The position numbers and the translations under genes are program-made. A stretch of 62,867 nt of DNA, the filler included, from Phoronis australis (Eukaryota > Animalia > Phoronida): the NCBI GenBank assembly GCA_002633005.1. It is 12 parts of 12 records of this genome, joined end to end, with 100 filler letters (N's around TTAATTAATTAA, not from the genome) between each part and the next. Parts side by side here need not be neighbours in the genome. Positions count along the whole stretch, not along the records: positions 27,289 to 30,294 come from NMRA01003281.1; positions 30,395 to 50,492 come from NMRA01000886.1; 10 more parts are not named here. The stretch is one strand, 5' to 3'. Each line of letters begins with the position of its first letter. Position 1 is the first letter of the stretch. Below are positions 28,814 through 41,500 of this stretch, piece by piece. Below the pieces are notes generated by a model that ran no database searches, had not been told where the DNA came from, and was given only the letters and a program-made list of their open reading frames with translations.

Positions 28814-30176
28814 AGACAGGTGCAATGTAACAACATGACTGCTGGATTGGCTGCCATGACGACAGAATGCTCCGGCACTCAGGCGGCTGGTGGAAACAGT
28901 GCGTCGGGCCTCCAGATGGCAGGAATGTTGAACTCAGTTATGTCAGGTGAGTTATGAATGAATCAATGAATGCAGCGTTTGGTGATGTGCAATAATGCCA
29001 GAAATTTCTGATAATGAGCCCCGAGGCGTGTGTTCGAACAGTGCAATAGTTTTACCTTTCTTGCTTATAAGTAAAAGTGTGGGTGTGCTTGTGTGTACTT
29101 TGGAAATAGTGGGATTATAATTAACGGCAATGTGCTTGCAACATTGGTATGGAATGAGGACATATTTAGTATGAAGAGAGTTGATAGTCGGGGCCCTCGA
29201 TGGTTTGGGGCTCAGTAATGGCCTCATTACCCTCTGAAAAATGTTTTGAAATGAAATTACCCTCACCAGTCCCAAAAATCACCCTGACATATGATTTGCC
29301 CTCCAAGTTAAAATTATTTCTACAAAATGTTGGAGGTATAGCCATTTATTTTGCCAATGGGGGGGGGAGTGTGGAATTAACTATTGCTGCCTGGTGGAGG
29401 ATTTTTCCAGGAACCTAGAAATTCCTAGTTTATTTTGTAGATAAGCAAAAATGTCCTGAAATAAAGGATTTCTAGTTTCTTATCGATTCTTTTTGTGGGT
29501 TTGTCACACTCTGACACGGTTTATTTTGGAAACCCTAGATAATGTAGAAAGTATATTAAAAAGTGTGTCCCTGAAAGCAAGCCTATGGTAGAACTTTCTT
29601 TTTTGAAAAATTGAGGCTCGAATTTAATGGCATGTCATATGTCATGAGTGTTGTCCTGTCTGGCTAACGAAACTATGCTTTTCTTTCAAGAAACCATAAT
29701 AAATTATTTTTATCATGTGATTCGTGTACTGAACAGTGTCTTAGAGGAACTCAAATGGAAACATTCAGTTCAACAGGCTGTGGAATATGACAGTGTCATA
29801 TGTCTCAAAAATAATTTGTAAGAAAAGTTTGGTTTGTATAGCACAGCGGTCACCAAACAGCATCTGGTAAAATTTCAAAGACTTGAAACAATGTAATTTA
29901 ACATCAAGTAGAAAAAATGCAAATTTTGTAGAATTTTTAGTGTACTTAAAAAGGTGGAATGCTTGTTAAAGTTACTATGAATAGCATCAGTATTCCCATA
30001 CCCGAGGTGCCAACTTGTTTTATAGTGTTGGGTATACCACAAGTGACCTCTGGTGAGGAACAGCTGATGTACTTGAAGCTTCAGGACTTGTGCACTCGGC
30101 TAGGCCAGCAGAAGCTGCAACAGGATCAACCAGTTGAGGGAGCCACGCACCAGTCTGTCTGTGACCAACTATCCAG
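28814..30176 (+). CDS. Two putative coding exons of an unidentified gene
   Basis: 28814 (or 28820)-28946 (donor GTGAGT) and 30026-30176 are stop-free and phase-compatible: ...MTAGLAAMTTECSGTQAAGGNSASGLQMAGMLNSVMS-VLGIPQVTSGEEQLMYLKLQDLCTRLGQQKLQQDQPVEGATHQSVCDQLS. No family recognised. Confidence 0.5.
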
Positions 30177-32255
30177 GTACTATGTGTACTGCACATAATG
30201 TGGTCTCTCTCAAATAAACCAGCTTTTCATGGTGTTCGTTTTAGTGTTTTGTGCAGGATGGACACAAAAAGAGCACGCAATAATCACATAATATNNNNNN
30301 NNNNNNNNNNNNNNNNNNNNNNNNNNNNNNNNNNNNNNTTAATTAATTAANNNNNNNNNNNNNNNNNNNNNNNNNNNNNNNNNNNNNNNNNNNNTCTCTC
30401 GGTGAAATCAAAACGAGGCAACGCTGTAAAAAACGAGACGGTGCCGGACATTGAATGCATTACAACGGAACAAAAATTGGTGTCATTTAATTCTCAGATT
30501 ATGCTTCAAGTAAGATTCTATGAAATGTCCGATATTTAGGTTCCGTCCGATAATTAGGTACCCCATGTGTAATGTGATATGTGACCATCGTCACTTATAA
30601 CAGAATTAGTCAGAATCATCTGATCTGTGTTTGCTTTGATCAGACATTTTCGCATTATTTCGACGAACAACTTTTTTCACTAATTTGCTTTTTTCTGATT
30701 TAAACCATGATTTTTATGCCACTGGTAATGGAAGAACGGTTGAATGAGTAACTGCAACTGCAAAGCCTGGCTCGTGTCGTCAGGGTCAGCACGTCGTCGA
30801 CATTCAGATTCGAACTCGAATTTTTTGGCAAAGGATCAACAAAAGTCATAATAAAGACAGCGTTTAAGGGAGACTGTTCCTTTCTCTATGGTTAGAAGAC
30901 AATATCTGCAATAGAATAGGATCTCTATCTTACCAAAACTTCAGTCTTGAGAAACAAAACACCGTTTGCTGACGCGCCAAATTTTTCACCTTTGCAAATG
31001 CCCTCTTTTGGTAAAAATCATATGCTTAAACGACCTCTGCCAGCTATTCGCTAAACTATGAAATACAGACAGTTTGACCTACATTACGATGACCCAAATA
31101 AAGAACTCAAGGCAGAAATGTTGGAAATCTAGCTATGTTTTTATCTTCGCAAAATACGGTAAGCTTAAATAGAAAAGAAACAGGTGATTCTCATTAGTTT
31201 ACTGGTTTCATTTTCGCATCCTTGTTAGAAATTAGTTTCCTTTAACCCTCGACTTCTTATCGTCTCCAATATATGGCATTGTGGCAATACTCAATACGAC
31301 AATAACACTTAACAGGCAATAGACTCTCTATTGCGGACGATCAAAAGCTCAGGACACCTGTGCAGTAACCTATCCAATGCATTCAACTTCAAGTCTTCAA
31401 CACTTCAACAGGTTCAAGCCGCATAGCACACTCAGCCCACTGCCACCTGGGAGCCTGACTGGAAGTCAACCGCTATTGCCTAATGGTCCAAGGCCGGACT
31501 ATGAATGAAGTCTCGAAAATGCTGAAATTTGGGTGAGACTGAGCATGAGGTCGAGCCGAAGTCACAAACATCAACACCACTGAATCAAATCAAGTGAGTG
31601 ATTCCTCAGTTGCATTACCAGTGAACCAGACTTCAATGCTGGGTTTTCAATTTCAAGTTCATCCATCCATGACTATAGAATACAAATATCATGGCGCCTG
31701 TTTGCACAAGTTTTAGAGTAGTGCAGTGGTTGCATACTAGTAACACACTTAATATGATATGACTAAATACTGTTATTGTCGTATACAAGGCCTATGATAC
31801 TGAGTAAAGAGGTAACAATTCGAATTCAGCGCATGACAAATATATTTAGTTACGAGTATTACAAAAATGAACAAAATGCATACTAATATCGTCATTTTAA
31901 GGAATTTTAAACCCCATTTTATGGACTTAACCCGAAACTGGCTCTGTGACAGGCTTTGTTGCATAATGCAACCTGTTTCTTGAAGATAAAATATTGTAAA
32001 TTTCTCTGTTATGTCTCAAAGACACTCCTGTTGTTTGAAGGAGCACACTCAGTTTCCACTGCCATCAGTTAACTCGCCCAGAGTGGAGCTGTCTTTGTAA
32101 GGGTTGGCGAGATTTCAGGTTTGTATTTTTGTTACCAAGGTCTTTGTAGTCATCAATATTGATCTGCAAAATCAGAGTTTGAACTAATACACTATCTGAT
32201 ATAACTGTTGTAACTGAATTTTTATTTGATTCCTTTCTGTCTTTCAGTGTAAGCC

Positions 32256-33458
32256 ATGGAAATTTTCAGCGCACCTGAACCTAAACAGGTAACAAATGAA
32301 GGAAATTTATTCTCTGATCTGAAGAATGAGAATGCTACACACACCAAGTCTCTCTGTAATTTAAGCAATAGCTGTGATTTTGAAGGTTACACCAGTGGAA
32401 ATTATGTCCAGTCTGTCGTCAAACAGGAAGTAGTTGGTAATCATCGGAACTATGAGCGAGTGTGTTCTCATGTGGATAATTGTATATTTCATCCAGCGGA
32501 GTTTGAACTGGAGTGCCATGATGACAGTCCTGGGTGTTATTTGGGAAATGAGCGCCCTCTTGAGGTAGGATGTGTTGATGGTGTGGTATCAGAAGGTTCC
32601 AGCACTGTTAATGCACAACGTGATGTGATTCGGTCAAACTCCAAGGTATATAATGTGGAGGATCGCACGACAGTGCACTTAGGTAAGAAACCAAACGTCT
32701 GCCTTGAAATTGGAAAGACCGTCAAAATACGAGATAGTCTCGTTGTTCAAAGCCAGAAACACAAGAGTGAGAGGTCATACAGCTGCAATGAATGCGGAAA
32801 AACATTCAAAGCACGCAGTTCTCTCATTACCCACAGCAGACTGCACACTGGTGAGAAGCCATACCTCTGTTCTGAGTGTGGAAGGACGTTCATTCGAAGC
32901 CACCACCTGATTGATCACATGAAGAAACATACTGGGGAAAGGCCATACAAGTGCACCGAATGTCCCAAGACATATAGTTACAGGCGCAGTCTTATTAGTC
33001 ATGAGAAAACTCACAGCGGTGACAGACCACACAACTGTGCCGAGTGTGGAAAGACGTTTGTTCAAGTGAGTCATCTGATGGATCACATGAGAACTCATAC
33101 TGGTGAAAGACCTTATAACTGTTCAGAATGTGGAAGGGTGTTTGCTAAAAAATGTTCTCTAGTTGCTCACAAGAGACTACACTCCGGTGAAAGGCCATAC
33201 CGCTGTTCTGATTGTGGTAAAACGTTCACACAAAAACGTTACCTTGTAATTCACATTCGGATACACACTGGTGAAAAACCCTATAGTTGTTCGGATTGTG
33301 GGAAAGCATATGCTCAAAAAAGTTCGCTGGTGTCCCACAAGCGAACACATGCTATTGAGAGGCCATACAACTGTGTCTCATTTGGGATATCCTTTAAAGA
33401 GCAGGGTAAACTTGCCATCCATGAAAAAAAGCACAGTGGTGTCCATGAGAAGCCATAG
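32256..33458 (+). CDS. C2H2 zinc-finger protein (7 intact fingers with TGEKP-type linkers plus degenerate fingers); terminal exon
   Basis: 400-aa ORF with repeated YxCxECGKxF...HxRxHTGE(K/R)P. A polypyrimidine-CAG acceptor ends at 32247, so upstream exons may exist. Confidence 0.92.
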   Translation: MEIFSAPEPKQVTNEGNLFSDLKNENATHTKSLCNLSNSCDFEGYTSGNYVQSVVKQEVVGNHRNYERVCSHVDNCIFHPAEFELECHDDSPGCYLGNERPLEVGCVDGVVSEGSSTVNAQRDVIRSNSKVYNVEDRTTVHLGKKPNVCLEIGKTVKIRDSLVVQSQKHKSERSYSCNECGKTFKARSSLITHSRLHTGEKPYLCSECGRTFIRSHHLIDHMKKHTGERPYKCTECPKTYSYRRSLISHEKTHSGDRPHNCAECGKTFVQVSHLMDHMRTHTGERPYNCSECGRVFAKKCSLVAHKRLHSGERPYRCSDCGKTFTQKRYLVIHIRIHTGEKPYSCSDCGKAYAQKSSLVSHKRTHAIERPYNCVSFGISFKEQGKLAIHEKKHSGVHEKP

Positions 33459-33612
33459 GTATGCACTGCCTGTGGAAAATGTTTGCTTTAAGGGAAATTA
33501 TCCTTTGGCTTGCTGGAAGTCATGCTTGTACTGAAACCTGAAAGATGAAGTGCCTAACTTTGCTGTGAATACAGTCTTGTTGGCAAGTGAAAAACCGGAT
33601 ATGGTACGTTAA

Positions 33613-34170
33613 AGGAGAATGCCACCCAAAAAACAACATATTTTGTATCAATTTAGATGGATTAGTCCTAGTCGATAATAGCACGTTCGGTTGCGTTACC
33701 TGGGACCTGACGGCAGACGGAGGTTCACAACACGGGTTAGTGGTGTCAGCTTATCGCTTGAATTCATCGTTTAACACCAATCATCAAATCATCAAACTTC
33801 GATGTAAAACCCTTAAAAATATACCGAGTTCTTATAAAAACTTGTTGTTTTATTTTGCTGTTACGGATTTATTGGTATTTGGACACACCGTAGCGTACAA
33901 AGTTCGGCAGGCCGATTTACCAAGGTACGTAGCAGGAGTTTGGGCAGTGCTGTAGTGGGGCGTAGGCGCACGTAGGCGCAGCCAACCACCTTTGGGCATT
34001 TGAACGTAGCGCCTACGCACCGCAAGTTACGTTCAGTGCGCCTACTTACCTCTAATTTTACCACTACAGTACTGAGTTTGGGGTCTGTTCGGAGATAAAT
34101 TCGAAGTATTCTTCTGTGAAATACAGAAGCTAGATCTGTTGTTTATACTTGTGATTTTTTGAGTTCTCAT
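33613..34170 (+). mobile_element. Truncated left part of the Kolobok-like family seen complete at 53561-55187
   Basis: TTAA|AGGAGAATGCCACCC start; colinear similarity to 53561-54030. Confidence 0.85.
33945..34074. mobile_element. 130-bp hAT-type MITE with 8-bp target-site duplication, nested in the Kolobok-like copy
   Basis: AGTTTGGG|CAGTGCTGTAGTGG...CCACTACAGTACTG|AGTTTGGG; the homologous site at 53931-53938 has a single AGTTTGGG. Confidence 0.92.
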
Positions 34171-34599
34171 TACAGCGTTCTGTCGTTCAGTAACTGCTGA
34201 ACGTGCGATAACTTCTGGCTCTTTTGTTGACTGCCCAGCGCAGTCTCTTAAATTCCGTTGTAGTTGGGCGATTTTGGTGATTCAAAAACGGAACATGATC
34301 AACATTTGACGAGGAATTCAGAAATGCTATTGGTTAAGCTCAAATATGTTATAACTTAACTTTCATTTTTATCAGCCCAGCCCAGTCAGGCTAGATACGA
34401 TCTGATCGGAGATTAGAGCAATTATCGAATAAACTAGCGCAGGCCCTCCAACCATGAATGCCAATGTATCACATAAGCCTATTTATTTACAGAAGGATGC
34501 ACCACCTTGAAAATTTCCCTCTTTTCATGGGTAACTCCACCTTGAAAAATTTCCTCTCTTTTGTCATGGCTAATTCCAAGCTCTACTAGACTCTTTGTC

Positions 34600-35376
34600 A
34601 GCCAAACCACTCTAATTATAATTATGAAAAGTGGCATATATGTTCCTTCAGGAAAGAGGATGCCTAACCACGATTTTCTTACAGCTCTAGCTGACTACTG
34701 TGGTACCTCCTAGTGGCCTTATTTTTCGTCTGTGGATTTATCTCTTAAACCCTCTGCTGCACACTTTTTGATTTTGGCAAGTTTATTTCTAGGAGCCAGA
34801 TACCAGATGTTGATGAATTTTGTACGAGATCCGACTACCACAGGGACCCCTACTGACAACTTTATTTTCCCATTTTCTCAGTATCTTTGTAGTTAGTCTT
34901 TCATTCCCTGACGTATTTTAATGAAATTTGGCTAATTAAATTGTGTTGAAAGAGGGGTTGACACCTTCCCGTTTTCAGATCTGATGTATTTGACATGGTG
35001 CATGCTTCCTGGTGGCCATTTTTATTTCTGAATCTGTTTTTGGCATCCATCTCCCTGCATCCATGACTGTTTCTCCTAAAGCCTTGCAGGATCTTGTTTC
35101 AACGTTTGACAAGTGTATTTCTATGTGTGTGACAACAGACGACAACGACTTTTGGACGTATCTGACTATACTGTGTGAGCTTTAATTTTTATTATCTTGG
35201 GACGTGTGGTCATATTGAGGAGCACATTGCTCATATGCCATTCACCTCTTAGCGGTTGTTAAGTAGCAGAGCTCCCTCTAGCGCAAATGTCTGAAAGAGT
35301 AATCATGCTTGGCTATGGGATACACGAGTGCGATGCACACAGCGGGCGCATATCATCGCTCCGTGTTGGTCTAGCG
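34600..35376 (+). mobile_element. Degenerate HINE-family copy (3' part)
   Basis: Units with CCTCCTAGTGGCC, similarity to 13400-14150, and a 3' subTIR-like GCGGGCGCAT (~35342) followed by a short hairpin and CTAG. Confidence 0.6.
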
Positions 35377-37140
35377 ACTAGACAACAAACTCAAATGCCA
35401 GTGACGAGGGGGTCTTGCCTACTTCTACAGATAAAAATTAATTTTAGGGTGGGTGGCTCCGACCAATTCAATTTTCTCCAACCCTGGTCGCCATCACTTT
35501 CACCAATATTGCCTACCCCCGTCGCCACAAAGGTTTTGCCATTGCTGCTGCAAATTGTTGGCTGCACCTTCTCTCTGCTGCCCTTTGTGTTTCCTTATGG
35601 TGAAAATACAGAACCCTTCGGGATTTACAATTAAGACCAATAAATTTTCCATAACAAATTCAATTTTTGGGTCCTAGCAATTGTCTTGAGTTAAATATCG
35701 ACGTCTAGCCATTTAGGGCGCTAATTGGAATTGCCTCACATTCATCGGAGGCAATCCATACCAAAATTAACGTCGCGAATATTCCATTTTTAGGGCTCAT
35801 GTGGACATTTTCTTTGAAAATTGTGGTTGCCCCCCTTAAGACTTCTTCTGCCACCCAAGTTTGCGGTCGGTGTAAATGATAAGCAGCTCAACTTAGATAC
35901 TCGCTACTCCTTGAATGCGTTAATGATCAGACATTATGTTTTGCCTGTAAGTTGTATCTTCGGAAGTTGCGGTGATTAACCTACCATGTCGAATCAAGAA
36001 CTCAAAAACTTTAAATAATATAGGTAAATGATAGACAGATAACATTACTTGTCTGTAATCCTTAGTAACGAAAACGTGTAACAATTAAGAGCACAAGGAT
36101 GTTTGTAGTCTATGATTTCCATTTAATAAGGACTTTCACTGAATAAAAATACTGACAATTAATGCAATAAAACGCCTTTAAAGATACAATAATTGACACC
36201 ACCTTTTAGTGTTACTATTGCTGCTGTAATCCGAAAAGATTCTCAAGGAATCACTGGGTCGGAAGAGCTTCCTCGTTGACCTGCTTTTGCTTTCTATTTG
36301 ACTAGTCATTTGGCGGGAAATTTGAAAACCCCCCTGTAAACGCCCTTAGAAATCTCAGTATATCTAAACTTTTTATCCCATACGCGTTGGATCTGTCGAG
36401 GGAAATGCGGCCATGTAACAAAGCTTTCCGTATTCACCTCCCGCAGGCTACTTCAACAGTGACCTCTGAACTGGAAAGTTCAAAAGGTAGGTCAATGTCG
36501 AGTGGACGTCATAGCCGGTTCGATCACCAAGCTTTCGGGAAACAGTTTAAAGTGATGCAATAGTAGCAGTATCAATAACGCTCAACATACAACCAGCCTC
36601 CCGTTCAGCAACGCTAGGACCTCGCTAAAAAGCAAGACTTCGCGAGATTACGTGAGATATTGCCGTGTATTATAAATCAGGACACGTGACATTGACTAGC
36701 TTTTAGCTAGGTCCTAGCGTAGGTCCTAGCGTCTACTGAACGCACGCCAGGTCTCAATCGTAATGATCTGGAACAGGACTGTTGATTATATGACACTTCT
36801 AGCTCAGTTTTCATTTGCTAAATATTTTGTCGTTTGCAACTCAGGTGCCGATTCCTCGGCGATAACAACAATATCAAATATTGTTGTTATTTAACTATTT
36901 TTAGGAGATGTTAAAAGTTCAATGAAAAGTTACCCTTGTTTTCATCTTTGTTATCGCCTTTCAAGTAATAAATTGTCTCATTTAAAACTGCTTCTTTCAC
37001 TAGAGAAAATGTGCAGGCTAACCGCAAGTACATACATATAGGATGTGATCCGCCACGTGAACAGTCTGAGTAAAGTATTTAAAAAAAACTGCGGAAAAAA
37101 TGAAAGAAACTTAGAAATTCGAAGCGTATGGGATAAACAC

Positions 37141-37248
37141 AAAACGTACCTCGATTGGCGTACATGAAGTGATATCCCACTCGACATTATTCAGCGGAAT
37201 AATGTCTCGTGGAATGTTACTTCATGTACGCCACTCTCGGTACATTTT
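37141..37248. repeat. Near-perfect ~50-bp-stem palindrome/hairpin
   Basis: AAAACGTACC...TGGCGTACATGAAGTGATATCCCAC..GACATTATTC-AGCG-GAATAATGTC..GTGGAATGTTACTTCATGTACGCCA...GGTACATTTT. Confidence 0.8.
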
Positions 37249-38527
37249 GTGTATGTATTATTTCTTGAGTAGAGCAAGTTTCAAAATCTTTAATGTGAGA
37301 TGATCGTTTTACAATTGAAAACGCATTTTGGAGATGACTTGAATGAGATAGGCGTTTTAAAGTTCTTAACTTTGACCAGGGCTACAAAATACTGAAATCC
37401 CTTGTTTGTGTGGTTTCATTAGATATCGCAAATTCTCGCCGTTGTCTGCCAGACATATGATGAAATGAAGGCCCGTGTCTTTTCTTATCAAATAGACTTA
37501 AAATACTGTACCGTCTCAGCTAGCTGTGACTCTAGTATCAGGTTCCATCTGGGTCTGATGTCGAAAAAAAAGAAAATTGTTGCCGATAATGTCAACTGAA
37601 AAAAGGCAACGGCATGTATTTTCAAAGTTTGACTTCTATACCCAATACAAATAATCGCCCGAATATTAATTATGTTTAAAACCCAGGGTTTGGAAATTTC
37701 CTCTGTTATGAGGATTTCCTCTTTTTTGGTTTCGATTTCCAATTTCCTCTTTCTTGTCTCTTTTTATCATTACTTTGACTTTATGGCATAAACGTTTATT
37801 TACAGTACAAAAATATTTCCATCACGCTAGCCTATTTATTTGTGGATCGATGCAACACCTGAACAATATTCTTCTTTTTCCTCATTGTTCGGAAGCCCCG
37901 AAAGCCTAGTAAACGAATTGCACTGACATTAGTGCGTCTCGACCATTTTTCAATTTTTACGAGGGCAGTTGCCCCTTGCCCTCTCAGAGAGGGAACCCAA
38001 ATGCCGAAAGATATAAATTACAAAACAGGAAACGAGGGTCAATTGAGTTCGTCACCAGGCCCCTATATGGGCCCCATAAAATGACACGATGTATAATTTT
38101 ACTAACACTAGAAATTAGCAGCAATGAATTCCACCATCGGGGCCTCTGTCCGCGGAGGGCAGAACCTTTGTGAGGTGAAATGATGCAGAATTTCAAAAAG
38201 ACAATAAGAGTGACAGATTGTGTCGATATCGGGTGCCGACTTAATTTGAAATGATTTGATATAATCTCAAGAACAATGAAAGTGTGACGATTGATTCCAC
38301 TATCGGGATCATCCTTCACAAAAGACACTCGATCCTAAACACGACGGGCTGTATTATTCCGTTCTCTCTTCTATGGAGCACCGTCTCATGCAGCCTATGG
38401 TTGACAATTGTTCATGCACCGTGCATGGATCAATCTGTATGGATCGTTGTGTAATACTGTAACTACCTATGGATAAATACATGAGCTGTGTTAGCATTAA
38501 CCATAAGACCAATTGTCAACGAACTAA

Positions 38528-41500
38528 TTACGATTTCCAGTGTTTCACTGTAAATTCCGGAACCTGAGACCGTATTGTCTCATGATATCTCCGAAGCCTT
38601 TGCTCTGCACAATCAGCAGTTACCTTTCTCGCAGTCTGATCTGTCGCAGATTTGGCAGCACATTCGGCGTCTCCCATCTTCTTGCTCGTAGAGGAAAGAT
38701 TATTCAAAATTGTCCGAACTTCATTTGGGTCGCCACCGTTTGGCATGGCTTTTGCGACGTCAAGAGCTCTGGTAAAGAATTTGCACGCGCTACTGAAGTC
38801 TCCTTTCTGTACATACAGTCGCCCTATTTCATTCAGTGATATTAAAATTCGTTTGTCGACACCTTCCTTGCTGGTACTCAATTTCTCCTTCATATCCAGC
38901 GATTCAACTGCGTACTTTATAGCCGAGTTGAACTTCCTCTGCTTCATGAACATTGCAGCAACATGATCCAACAAGAAGATCGTTTGCTCACTCTCGTAGT
39001 TTTGACCAGAACGCGTTGCTGTGTCCAACAATTCAGTGAAGTAGTTAACAGATACACCGGCTTCATTATTGGAAGCACATTGCAAAGAACTAGTAACAAA
39101 TGAGTGAAATTTATTGAGTTCTTGCAAAAAAGCGGCCGTCTTTTCATCATAACCAGCGTTAATCAAACGCTCAGCCATAATTTGTGCCTCGGTTAAATAT
39201 TTTAATCCGTCATCAAAACTTCCCTTTTCAGCGTAGGCACTGCCAATTTTCTTCAAACACTTTGCCGTGTCTAAGTGATCACGATCGTTGTGCAACCGAC
39301 GAAGGACAACTAAAGCTTCGCCGAAGCACTCCAGAGCTGTCTCAAACTCAAACTTCTTTAGCCAAACGTCGCCCGTATACTCGAAGCATCTGGCTATATC
39401 CAAGTGCTCTCTACCGCTGTGCACAGTCTCGGCCATCTGAACAGCTTTCAAGTAATATTTTAAAGCGTCATCGAACTTCTGCATCTTCAAATATATGTAT
39501 CCCACGTTTGCAAGTTTGATAACAATATCACGATGCGCTTTACCCTCGTGAATATGTGATGTCAGGTCCAGGGCCTTATTCGCAAACTTCAGTGCCATTT
39601 CCAGATTGCCAGTTTGGATACACAAATTTCCAATCATTGCTAGCCTTTCACTATTGCCGTCATTTCCTAATAATCTTGAGTGCATTTCAGTTGACCCGAC
39701 ATAGTACTCCAAAGCTAATACTGGTTCGTCTCTTCTGAAGTAAATGTCTCCAAGGTTGTTCATAACTTCAATAATTTTCAGATGGTCTTGATTTTCGAAA
39801 AGCCTTGTCATCATTTCAAGTGCCGCCTTAGCATATTTCAACGCCCCGTCTAGAACATTGTTATCCAGCAATCTAGCACTTATGTCGTTGGCAAAGCATG
39901 CTATTGCTAACGAATCTCTTCCACTGTATACCCTGTTTAGCATACTCAACGATTCGCTGTAATAAACCAAGCCTTCTTTTGTCATTCCTTTTGAGACACA
40001 AATATCACCTAGGTTGCCGATAGCCCATGCAAGATGAGGATGATCATTGCCTCGGTGAAGGTTCTCATAAATCGACAGAACCTTCAATGCGTAGGGCAAG
40101 GCATTGTCGAAGTCTTTCTTACCTATGTAAACACTCGCTGTGTTGTGCAGAGTGGCCGCAACTGTTGTAGATTTGGGGTGGTTAAGTTCTATCTTAGTCC
40201 AATCATCATCTGGGAAACACATTTCCAGAACACCCAAGGCTGCGTCAGATTCGCCTTTTTGGAGATAAGCAGAGGCGATATTGTTGAGTATTGTGTACAG
40301 AATCAGCTTCAGAGATTTGTTTGTACCGTCGTTTGAAATGTAGGTCGACAATAGCTCGTGAGTCCTGAAGTAGTATTGAATAGCAGAATCAATGTCACCC
40401 TTCTTCTGACAAATCATTCCGAGCACATGCTGAAAAACTGCCGTTTGAAACAGACTTTCTTCCAAATCGTTCTCACAAAGACGCAGACCAGTTTGAGCAA
40501 AATGCTGTGCCAAATCGAAGTGACCTTCTTCTAAATATGATCGGCTAATGTACTCTAAGCAAACAACTGACCGTGCGTCTTTACTGCTAACATGAAGGTC
40601 TTGCCCATCGTGACACAAGGAAGTTTTAATAAACTCGTTAACATTTTCCCCCGGTTGTTCAGAGTATGCAACCCATGACTTGGTGAGGTAGGAGAAAAAA
40701 TGCTTACGAGCGCTTTGAAAATCCATTCTCACGAACTCGACGCGTCCAATCATGAATGTATTGTTTTCGAAAAAACTTTCGAGGATACATCCTTCTCCTA
40801 GCGCTTTATCTACGTCCAGTAAATAAAAATACTTGACGAAAGGCAACATTGTAAGATAGTACCTGTGTATCGCGGCTTCATTTAAATGGCTCGTTTCAGT
40901 AGAGACAGCTCCTTGTCGAGGAGCTTGAATACTTATCAGCTCGTTTTGACATGATTTGGCAGAATATGACACTTGTCGTAATAGTGTTACAATGGACAAA
41001 ACAAACTGCAAGTTGTGTTTGCCTTCATCTGTGAGTTTTCCTGTCATATTCATCTCTTCTATGATACTCCATGTGTTATTCTGACTCAGAGAGAACACAG
41101 CCTTGAACAAGTTGAAAGCTAGTGTTGGTAGACGATACATGTCCTGTTTGACATCGTGAACGGTTTTAAACTCCTCGTGAAAGTCGAGACGAATTCCATA
41201 GTCGTAGATTAATTCCTGAATTTCTTTAAATGCCTTCTCGCGTGCGGCTTGCTCTCTTCGAAACTTGTTTGCAATAGCAGTGTATTCCTTGACAAGCTCG
41301 TCTGATTTTTCACTCCCGTCTATTTTGACAGTCGTTGCCATGATGCGGTCTATATTGTTTCCCTCATCTTCCGCAAACGTTGCTTCACAAAGTTGAGCCA
41401 TACGTTCTGGCGTCCTGATTAACTCTATCCCAATTTTTCCAAGAGGTGTATTGCCTGCGTAGGGGGCAGCACTATCAAATGCAAAACCCCGTGGCGACAC

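Noticed and set aside
40900-41170. Active HEPN RNase in the helical domain of the NTase-TPR protein
   Set aside because: No Rx4-6H motif is evident (LLRQVSYSAK lacks His); treated as a non-catalytic helical bundle.
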